This document shows positions 56,570 to 64,000 of a stretch of DNA of 64,000 bases, piece by piece. The translations under genes were made by a program, and so were the position numbers. Position 1 is the stretch's first letter, and each line of letters begins with the position of its first letter. The DNA comes from an uncultured Candidatus Saccharibacteria bacterium (GTDB lineage: Bacteria; Patescibacteriota; Minisyncoccia; Phycocordibacterales; JACNGX01). Below the pieces are notes generated by a model that searched no databases, had not been told where the DNA came from, and saw nothing but the letters and a program-made list of their open reading frames with translations. The DNA lies in contig CAZULS010000002.1 in the NCBI GenBank assembly GCA_964621395.1, positions 23,306 through 87,305 on the forward strand, in the 5' to 3' direction.

Positions 56570-59500
56570 ATGGCGACAAAACAGAAATATTTCTCACGAT
56601 TCAGAAAGCCGCTCGCAAAAATGCCAAACTTGATGGAGAATCAGTTGGCGTCGTTTGAGTGGTTCGTGAAAGATGGTATCAAAGAAATCTTTGATGAGTT
56701 TTCTCCAATCAGCGACTATTCGGGCAAGAAATTTGAGCTCACGTTTGAATCCATCGAGCTCGATAAGCCGAAAGTAAGCGAGCATGAAGCGAAAGTGGGC
56801 GAGGCGACGTATGAGGCGCCGCTCAAGGTTCGCGTGAAGCTCAAAAACAAAACGCTCGGCACGGAGAAGGAGCAGGAGATGTTCATGGCGGATGTACCGC
56901 TCATGACAGAGCACGGCACTTTCGTGATCAACGGCGTGGAGCGTGTGGTTGTGCCGCAGCTTGCGCGAAGCTTCGGTGTGATGTTTATTGCAAACGACGT
57001 GAAGGGCGTGCAGTATTTCGGATCAAAGATTATTCCGGCACGCGGTGCGTGGGTGGAATTTGAAAGCGACCCTGACGGCTGTATCTACGTGCGCGTGGAC
57101 AAGAAGCGTAAGTTTCATGTCTCGTCGCTCTTGCGTGTCTTTGCGGCCGGAGCATCCGATAAGGAAATCATTGCCGCGTTTAAAAAGGACGAAGAAACAA
57201 AGAAGGCAATTGAGCTTACCTTTGAGAAAGATCCGGCAAAAACGCTTGAAGACTCATATATTGAAATCTATCGTCGCCTCCGCGACGGCGAGCTTGCTGC
57301 AGCGAATAATGCACGCGATTTTGTGATAAGCCTCTTTAGCAAGGAAAAATACGATCTCTCTCCGGTAGGGCGTTTTCGTATGAATAAGCGTTTTGGCGCT
57401 TCGATTGAAGACAAGACGATCCACGAACAGCGCACTATTCAGTTTGATGACGTGGTGTCGATTGTGTCGCACATTGTGGAGCTCAATCACACTCCGGATG
57501 CCACGGAAGACAATATCGATCACCTCGGCTCTCGCCGCGTGCGCTTCTTTGGTGAAATGATGCAGCAGAAAGTGCGTATCGGTATGACGCAGATGAAGCG
57601 TAATATCCAAGACCGCATGTCCACCGTGGATTCTGATACCACACTGCCGGTGAACCTCATTTCTCCGCGACCGCTTCAGGCGCGCATGAAAGAGTTTTTC
57701 ACCACGAACCAGCTCTCGCAGTTCATGTCGCAGATCAATATTTTGAATGAGGTGGAACATCTCCGCACGCTTTCGGCACTTGGTCCGGGAGGACTCACAC
57801 GCGAGCGCGCCGGTCTTGAAGTGCGCGACGTGCACCCATCGCACTATGGACGTGTGTGTCCGATTCATACGCCGGAAGGCCCGAACATTGGTTTGATTGT
57901 GCACCTTTCCGTGTACGCTCGTGTGAACCGTTTCGGTATGATTGAAACACCGTATGCGAAAGTGAAGAAGGGTGTGATTACCGATGAGATTGTATTTTTG
58001 GATGCCTTTGAAGAAGAGCAGTGTTATATTGCGCATGCTGCTTCGGGCGTGGACGAGAAGGGCAAGTTTACCGAGGCAACAGTGGCTGTGCGTCATAAAG
58101 GGCGTCCGACACTTGTTGCGCGTGAAGATGTGGAATATATCGACGTGGCAACCAATCAGGCGTTTTCTGTGGCAACATCGATGATTCCGTTCTTGGAACA
58201 CAATGACGCCAACCGTGCGCTCATGGGCTCCAACATGCAAAAACAGGCTGTGCCATGTGTGCGACCTGAGGCACCGCTCGTGATTACCGGTATGGAAGAC
58301 CGCGCTGCGCGCGACACCGGCCGACTCGTGCTCGCAGAAGAAGCGGGAGAGATCACCAAATCAGATGCGAAGAAGATTGTGGTGAAGGAGACAAAGAACG
58401 GTAAAGAGCGCACCTACGAACTTCTCAATTACATGCGCACCAATGAATCGACGGTGCTTCATCAGCGCCCTTCCGTGTCGGTGGGCGACAAGGTGAAGCG
58501 TGGTGATGTGCTTGCAGACGTGTCGTCTTCTGTCGATGGTCGCATGGCAATCGGACAAAACGCGCTTGTTGCCTTCATGCTTTGGGATGGTGCCAATTAT
58601 GAAGACGCTATCATTATTTCCGAACGGCTCGTGCGCGAAAACAAATTCTCCAGCATTAAGATTGAAACATTCTCCGCGAAGGTGCGTGAGACAAAGCTTG
58701 GTCCGGAAGTGACGACACACGATATTCCGAATGTTGGTGAAGCGAAGCTCAAAGACCTCGATGAAGAAGGAGTGGTTCGCATCGGTGCGGAAGTGGAATC
58801 CGGCGATATTTTGGTCGGACGTATTACTCCAAAAGGGGAGACGGAACTCACCGCTGAAGAGCGCTTGCTTCGCAGCATCTTTGGTGATAAAGCACGTGAT
58901 GTGAAAGACACCTCACTGCGCATGGAACACGGAAAGCGTGGACGCGTGGTGGGCGTGAAGGTTTTCTCACGTGACCGCGGCGATAATCTCGATTCCGGTG
59001 TGATGAAGGAAATTCATGTGGAAGTTGCCACGATGCGCAATATCTCGGTGGGTGATAAGCTTGCCGGTCGTCATGGAAACAAGGGTGTTGTTTCCCGCAT
59101 TTTGCCGGTGGAAGACATGCCGTTTATGGAGGATGGAACACCGGTGGATATCATTCTCACACCGCTTGGTGTGCCGTCGCGTATGAACCTCGGTCAGGTA
59201 CTTGAGCTCCACCTTGGGCTCGCAGCACATGAGCTTGGCTATCAGGCTGTGGTGCCAACATTTCTTGGAGCAACCGAAGAAGAGATCAAAGCAGAGCTCA
59301 AGGAAGCCGGCTTTAATGAAAACGGAAAGATGAAGCTCCACGACGGACGCACCGGACGCGCATTTGAGCAGGACATTGCCGTGGGGTATATGCACATGCT
59401 CAAGCTCAATCACATGGTGCAAGATAAGATTCACATGCGTTCGATTGGTCCATACTCGCTCATTACTCAGCAGCCGCTCGGAGGAAAGGCGCAGGAAGGT

Positions 59501-59767
59501 GGGCAGCGTTTTGGAGAGATGGAAGTCTGGGCGCTCGAAGGATACGGTGCCGCCCATGTTTTGCGCGAAATGCTCACAGTCAAATCAGACGATATTCTCG
59601 GTCGAACAGCCACATTTGATGCCATCGTGAAGGGCGACGAGCTGAAAGCTCCGAATACTCCGGCATCATTCAATGTGCTCTTATCAAACCTTCGCGGTCT
59701 CGGACTCGATGTCGCACTCGAACATATCAATGTGACGAAAGAGGAATCCGAAGACGAGGATGCGTAA
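56570..59767 (+). CDS. rpoB: DNA-directed RNA polymerase subunit beta
   Basis: Full-length beta subunit (1065 aa) with the conserved GRHGNKGV, SRMNLGQ and LGGKAQEGGQRFGEME regions. Confidence 0.97.
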   Translation: MATKQKYFSRFRKPLAKMPNLMENQLASFEWFVKDGIKEIFDEFSPISDYSGKKFELTFESIELDKPKVSEHEAKVGEATYEAPLKVRVKLKNKTLGTEKEQEMFMADVPLMTEHGTFVINGVERVVVPQLARSFGVMFIANDVKGVQYFGSKIIPARGAWVEFESDPDGCIYVRVDKKRKFHVSSLLRVFAAGASDKEIIAAFKKDEETKKAIELTFEKDPAKTLEDSYIEIYRRLRDGELAAANNARDFVISLFSKEKYDLSPVGRFRMNKRFGASIEDKTIHEQRTIQFDDVVSIVSHIVELNHTPDATEDNIDHLGSRRVRFFGEMMQQKVRIGMTQMKRNIQDRMSTVDSDTTLPVNLISPRPLQARMKEFFTTNQLSQFMSQINILNEVEHLRTLSALGPGGLTRERAGLEVRDVHPSHYGRVCPIHTPEGPNIGLIVHLSVYARVNRFGMIETPYAKVKKGVITDEIVFLDAFEEEQCYIAHAASGVDEKGKFTEATVAVRHKGRPTLVAREDVEYIDVATNQAFSVATSMIPFLEHNDANRALMGSNMQKQAVPCVRPEAPLVITGMEDRAARDTGRLVLAEEAGEITKSDAKKIVVKETKNGKERTYELLNYMRTNESTVLHQRPSVSVGDKVKRGDVLADVSSSVDGRMAIGQNALVAFMLWDGANYEDAIIISERLVRENKFSSIKIETFSAKVRETKLGPEVTTHDIPNVGEAKLKDLDEEGVVRIGAEVESGDILVGRITPKGETELTAEERLLRSIFGDKARDVKDTSLRMEHGKRGRVVGVKVFSRDRGDNLDSGVMKEIHVEVATMRNISVGDKLAGRHGNKGVVSRILPVEDMPFMEDGTPVDIILTPLGVPSRMNLGQVLELHLGLAAHELGYQAVVPTFLGATEEEIKAELKEAGFNENGKMKLHDGRTGRAFEQDIAVGYMHMLKLNHMVQDKIHMRSIGPYSLITQQPLGGKAQEGGQRFGEMEVWALEGYGAAHVLREMLTVKSDDILGRTATFDAIVKGDELKAPNTPASFNVLLSNLRGLGLDVALEHINVTKEESEDEDA

Positions 59768-59808
59768 TTATATTAACCAAGAACCTTTCTCATATTAAAT
59801 GGCTTATA

Positions 59809-59940
59809 CTCGTGCCAAGGATTCGAGCGAGTCGCAGTCTCGGAGGGTGAAACGTACTATTCGTACGTTGAGACCGAGAGACAAGACGCAGCCGAATACT
59901 TGGTGCGAGGATTGCCAAGCTCTCACACGAAGTGTGGCAA
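59809..59940. ncRNA. Structured element, E-family copy 3 (in the rpoB-rpoC spacer, inverted relative to copy 1)
   Basis: Outer stem ctcgtgccaag/cttggtgcgag, with two G-U pairs in the plus sense only. Inner segments aacgtactattcgtacgtt, gtctcgg/ccgagac and gagcgag match copies 1 and 2 when reverse-complemented. Confidence 0.45.
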
Positions 59941-59962
59941 ACAATATCAGGAGCGGTTTAAT

Positions 59963-62900
59963 ATGAGACAGGTTCTAATAACTATGAACACACACAACAC
60001 ACATGATGACGGTGCGATTGCGAATGATTTCGATGCGATTTCGATTCGTCTTGCCAGCCCTGATGCAATTAAGAACTGGTCCTACGGTGAGGTGACAAAA
60101 CCTGAAACGATCAACTACCGTACCGGTCGCAGTGAACGCGGAGGACTCTTCGATGAGCGTATCTTTGGTCCGGAAAAGGACTATGAATGTTACTGTGGAA
60201 AATACCGTCGTATTCGATATAAAGGTATTGTTTGCGAAAAGTGCGGCGTTGAGGTAACACGTGCGAGCGTGCGTCGTGAACGCATGGGTCACATCGAGCT
60301 TGCGAGCCCGGTGGCGCATATTTGGTTCCTGCGCGGTATTCCGTCGCGCCTCGGGCTGCTTCTTGACACTTCACAGCAAGACCTCGAGAAGGTAGTCTAC
60401 TTTGCCGGCTACATCATTACGAAAGTGAATAATGATGAGCGCAATCGTCTTCTCTCTGAAATGGACAGCGAATACAAGATGAAGTCGAAAGCCGCGGCAA
60501 ATGACACAGAGAAAGACAAGCTCAAAGAAGCGCTTTCGGAAGCAAAACGCGAGCTCTCGTCCATTCAGGTGGGGCTGGTGATTGATGAGACACAATACCA
60601 TCGGTATTCCGTAAAATACGGAACGATGTTTGAAGCGCGTATCGGTGCCGAGGCATTGTATGATTTGTGTTCGGCAATCGAACTCCCCGCAATGGAAAAA
60701 CAGCTCGCTGAGAGACTGGAGAAAGCGGGAAGCGCTGAGAAAACAAAGCTCAATAAACGTCTCTCGCTCGTGCGCTCCATGATCGCTTCGAACATTCGTC
60801 CGGAGTGGATGTTTATTTCGGTGATCCCGGTGATTCCGCCGGGCATTCGTCCGATGGTGCCGCTTGAAGGCGGACGCTATGCCGCCTCTGATGTCAACGA
60901 TCTCTATCGTCGTGTGATCAATCGAAACAATCGTCTTGCCAAGCTCAAAGAAATTGGTGCGCCGGATGTGATTTTGCGTAATGAAAAGCGTATCCTTCAG
61001 GAAGCGGTAGATGCCCTTATCGACAATTCCATGCGCCATCAGACGCAGACGGGTATGGTGGGTGGTCAGCGTCGCGCACTAAAGTCAATTGCCGACGCAC
61101 TTAAAGGAAAGCAGGGTATCTTTCGTCAGAACCTTCTGGGAAAGCGAGTAGATTATTCCGGTCGAAGCGTGATCGTCGTTGGTTCCAATTTGAAGCTCTC
61201 ACAGTGTGGATTGCCGAAGAAGATGGCGCTTGAGCTTTTCCGTCCGTTTGTGATTTCCAAACTCCTTGAACGTGAGCTCGCGTATAATATTCGCGGAGCA
61301 AATCGTCTGATTGAAGAAGGTATTCCGGAAGTGTGGGCAATTCTCGAAGAGGTGATTGAAGGAAAGTATGTGCTTCTCAACCGTGCGCCAACACTGCACC
61401 GCCTCGGTATTCAGGCATTCCGCCCTATCCTCATCGAAGGAAACGCTATTCAGGTGCATCCGCTTGTGTGTACCGCCTTCAATGCCGACTTCGATGGCGA
61501 CCAAATGGCCGTGCACGTGCCGCTCTCGGAAGAAGCACAAGAAGAGGCAGCTGAGCTTATGGCGTCGAATAAGAACCTTCTCGGTCCCGGAAGCGGTGAT
61601 CCGATTGTGAAGCCGTCACAGGATATTGTGCTTGGGTGTTATTGGATGACAAAAGAAATCGAAGGACAAAAAGGAGAAGGGAAGATGTTTCCGACTCCCA
61701 ACAGTGCCATTACCGCATACGACTTTGAGCAGGTAGACTTCCGCGCGAAGATTTTGGTTGCAGGATCGGATCATCCGAAGTATGCGCACTTTGAGGGCAA
61801 GCCGTTTGAGACGACTGTGGGGCGTTTGCTCTTCAACAGTGTGTTGCCGAATGATTTCCCGTATGTGAATGAGGTGGTTGGGAAAAAAGACCTTGCCCGC
61901 ATTATTGATGCACTCATCGTGAAGTATGGTGTGGACGCAACGCCGGATATGCTCGATAAGATTAAAGCTTTCGGATTCAAGTATGCGACAGTCTCAGGTG
62001 CGACATTCAGCATGGATGACGTGCAAGTGCCGGAAGGCAAAAAAGCACTTGTGGAGGAAGCGCGAAAAGAAATCGAAGATGTGGAGGAGCAATTTGCCGA
62101 CGGACTCCTTTCGGGAGAAGAGCGCTATCGTCGCGTGATTGAAATCTGGCAGGGTGTTGTGGGTGAGGTGGAGAAACTCATTCCCGGGACGCTCGATGAG
62201 CACGGACCGATCAACGACATGGTGCGCTCAGGTGCCCGCGGTACCATTACTCAGGTGCGCCAGATGGCGGGTATGAAGGGTATTATTACCAACACTGCCG
62301 GCGCGGCCATCGACTTCCCGATTATTCCTTCCAATAAAGAAGGTCTGTCACCGCTTGAATACTTCATTACCACGCACGGTTCACGTAAGGGTTTGGCCGA
62401 CACCGCGCTTCAAACAGCGAAGGCCGGATACCTCACGCGCCGACTTGTGTATGTTGCCGATAGTGTGATTGTGACGGAAGAGGATTGTGGTACGAAAGAA
62501 GGACGCACCGTGAAGCGCATGAATGAATCGGGCTTTGCGGTGTCGCTTGCGAAGAATATTCGCGGTCGTGTACTTCTTGAGGATGTAAAAGATGCCGACG
62601 GTAAGGTGCTCTATAAGAAGGGTGACCTTCTTGGCAAAGACGAAGCACAAAAGATTGAAGATGCCGGTGTGGAAGAAGTGAAAGTGCGTTCGGTTCTCGG
62701 ATGTAACGCCAAGCATGGTGTGTGTCAGAAGTGTTATGGAACTGATCTTGGCCGCGGACGCGAAGTGGCTCTCGGAGAGCCGGTGGGCGTTGTGGCTGCT
62801 CAAGCTATTGGTGAGCCGGGTACACAGCTGACGATGCGTACCTTCCACTCCGGAGGTGTTGCCACCGAAGGTGGAGATATCACCATGGGCCTTCCCCGTG

Positions 62901-63610
62901 TGGAAGAAGTGTTTGAACGTCGCACCCCGAAATCAAAGGCAGTGATTGCCACCGCCGCAGGTGAGGTAAGCGCTGTGAAGAAAGAAGGTGCAGAGCATAT
63001 TGTTTCGGTGATTCTCGACAAGGCGAAAGGCAAGAAGGGAGAAACTGAATATGTGATTCCGTATCGCCGCAGTCCGATTGTGAAAGCGGGGCAGAGGATT
63101 GAGAAGGGAGATTTCCTTTCCGACGGATCTGCTCATATTCCCGAGCTCTTCAAGTATGCCGGCGCAGAACGCACGCAAGAATACATCATTAGTGAAATTA
63201 GCAAGATTTACGACCTCCAAGGTGCGAGTGTGTCACGTAAACACATTGAAGTGATTGTGAGCCAGATGTTCTCACGCTACCGCATTAAAGATGCGGGCGA
63301 TAGTACATTCGTGCAAGGACAAGTCATCGAACGCAGTGAGCTCATGGCGGCGAATCGCGCACTTTCCGAAGAAGGAAAAGAAGAAGCAAAGGGTGAACAG
63401 CTTGTCTTGGGTATTACGGAAGTATCACTTACCACCAAGAGCTTTCTTGCAGCCGCTTCCTTCCAGCACACCCCGCGTATCTTGATTGAAAACGCAGTGA
63501 AGGGAAGTGTTGATCGTCTGACCGGTATCAAAGAAAATGTCATCCTCGGACGCATTATTCCGGCAGGAACCGGATATTCTGAAGAGGAGTGGGAGAAGAA
63601 GAGTGCGTAG
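59963..63610 (+). CDS. rpoC: DNA-directed RNA polymerase subunit beta'
   Basis: Zn-binding CGKYRRIRYKGIVCEKCG, the catalytic NADFDGDQM, and the trigger loop. The ATG at ~59963 follows an aggag RBS. The annotated start at 59900 would read through repeat copy 3. Confidence 0.96.
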   Translation: MRQVLITMNTHNTHDDGAIANDFDAISIRLASPDAIKNWSYGEVTKPETINYRTGRSERGGLFDERIFGPEKDYECYCGKYRRIRYKGIVCEKCGVEVTRASVRRERMGHIELASPVAHIWFLRGIPSRLGLLLDTSQQDLEKVVYFAGYIITKVNNDERNRLLSEMDSEYKMKSKAAANDTEKDKLKEALSEAKRELSSIQVGLVIDETQYHRYSVKYGTMFEARIGAEALYDLCSAIELPAMEKQLAERLEKAGSAEKTKLNKRLSLVRSMIASNIRPEWMFISVIPVIPPGIRPMVPLEGGRYAASDVNDLYRRVINRNNRLAKLKEIGAPDVILRNEKRILQEAVDALIDNSMRHQTQTGMVGGQRRALKSIADALKGKQGIFRQNLLGKRVDYSGRSVIVVGSNLKLSQCGLPKKMALELFRPFVISKLLERELAYNIRGANRLIEEGIPEVWAILEEVIEGKYVLLNRAPTLHRLGIQAFRPILIEGNAIQVHPLVCTAFNADFDGDQMAVHVPLSEEAQEEAAELMASNKNLLGPGSGDPIVKPSQDIVLGCYWMTKEIEGQKGEGKMFPTPNSAITAYDFEQVDFRAKILVAGSDHPKYAHFEGKPFETTVGRLLFNSVLPNDFPYVNEVVGKKDLARIIDALIVKYGVDATPDMLDKIKAFGFKYATVSGATFSMDDVQVPEGKKALVEEARKEIEDVEEQFADGLLSGEERYRRVIEIWQGVVGEVEKLIPGTLDEHGPINDMVRSGARGTITQVRQMAGMKGIITNTAGAAIDFPIIPSNKEGLSPLEYFITTHGSRKGLADTALQTAKAGYLTRRLVYVADSVIVTEEDCGTKEGRTVKRMNESGFAVSLAKNIRGRVLLEDVKDADGKVLYKKGDLLGKDEAQKIEDAGVEEVKVRSVLGCNAKHGVCQKCYGTDLGRGREVALGEPVGVVAAQAIGEPGTQLTMRTFHSGGVATEGGDITMGLPRVEEVFERRTPKSKAVIATAAGEVSAVKKEGAEHIVSVILDKAKGKKGETEYVIPYRRSPIVKAGQRIEKGDFLSDGSAHIPELFKYAGAERTQEYIISEISKIYDLQGASVSRKHIEVIVSQMFSRYRIKDAGDSTFVQGQVIERSELMAANRALSEEGKEEAKGEQLVLGITEVSLTTKSFLAAASFQHTPRILIENAVKGSVDRLTGIKENVILGRIIPAGTGYSEEEWEKKSA

Positions 63611-63649
63611 GACCTCTTTTGCGGTGCTGTGCACAGAAGTTGTTTATCT

Positions 63650-64000
63650 ATGTCTGACACCGTCCGCACAATTAAAGAGCGCTTGAATATCGTGGATGTT
63701 ATCGGCGGCTATGTCGATTTGAAGCAAGCAGGCGCGAGCTATAAGGGGTGCTGTCCTTTTCATAATGAAAAGACACCGAGCTTCTTCGTCTCACCTGAGC
63801 GAGGAACCTTTCACTGCTTTGGCTGCGGACGCGGTGGCGATATCTTCACATTCATTGAAGAGCAAGAAGGACTTGATTTTAAAGGCGCGCTCACATTCCT
63901 GGCACATCGTGCCGGTGTGGAGCTTGTGCCGGAAGCCCCGGAGAAACGAGAATTGCGTGATCGCATGTATGAGGCAATGGAGCAGGCGACAATCTTTTTC
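63650..64000 (+). CDS. dnaG: DNA primase, 5' fragment (continues beyond the window)
   Basis: CHC2 zinc finger CCPFHNEKTPSF...FHCFGCGRGGD. The ORF is open to the window end. Confidence 0.85.
   Translation, partial: MSDTVRTIKERLNIVDVIGGYVDLKQAGASYKGCCPFHNEKTPSFFVSPERGTFHCFGCGRGGDIFTFIEEQEGLDFKGALTFLAHRAGVELVPEAPEKRELRDRMYEAMEQATIFF

Noticed and set aside
59900-59962. N-terminal extension of rpoC
   Set aside because: It translates through E-family repeat copy 3. An RBS-preceded ATG at ~59963 matches the conserved beta' N-terminus.
1-64000. CRISPR array
   Set aside because: No series of equally spaced identical direct repeats with unique spacers. The abundant repeats are palindromic hairpins in variable orientation with irregular spacing.

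Overview
The window reads as a reduced bacterial genome, most likely a CPR/Patescibacteria-type organism. That is an inference from gene content: shortened housekeeping proteins, pilT-pilC placed next to rpoBC, Tyr and Trp tRNAs without encoded CCA, and Lys/Glu-rich protein tails. Most of the 64 kb is core machinery: clpB, rplY, rpmE, prfA, rpsB, tsf, pheST, gyrB, thrS, dnaE, dcd, rnhB, rpmF, a NusB-NUDIX fusion, rnc, an SMC-like ATPase, rnr, rpsP, a KH protein, trmD, pilT, pilC, rpoB, rpoC, the 5' end of dnaG, and three tRNAs (Tyr-GTA, Trp-CCA, Thr-TGT). Five features stand out. (1) A ~4.1-kb AT-rich insertion at 48.7-52.9 kb splits the conserved rpsP-KH-trmD ribosomal operon. It carries a tight three-gene operon: a candidate restriction endonuclease, an M.HaeIII-like C5-cytosine methyltransferase, and a 645-aa ABC-ATPase/Toprim fusion of OLD/PARIS/Gabija-GajA type. 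This is the best candidate for a defence system. (2) A ~36-nt palindromic element is inserted in frame into three unrelated essential genes (gyrB, smc-like, rpsP), in the manner of Rickettsia RPEs. (3) A ~170-nt highly structured element occurs in three copies, downstream of prfA, downstream of dnaE, and between rpoB and rpoC. The copies show compensatory stem substitutions and conserved loops, so it is a candidate ncRNA family. (4) REP/BIME-like hairpins of the form GTCATyCC-stem-loop-stem-GGrATGAC are very dense, more than 25 copies with covarying stems. (5) Several further modular intergenic repeat families and low-complexity 'word' spacers are present. I see no CRISPR array, transposase or integrase. 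Coordinates for RNA genes and repeat features come from manual counting and may be off by 1-3 nt.
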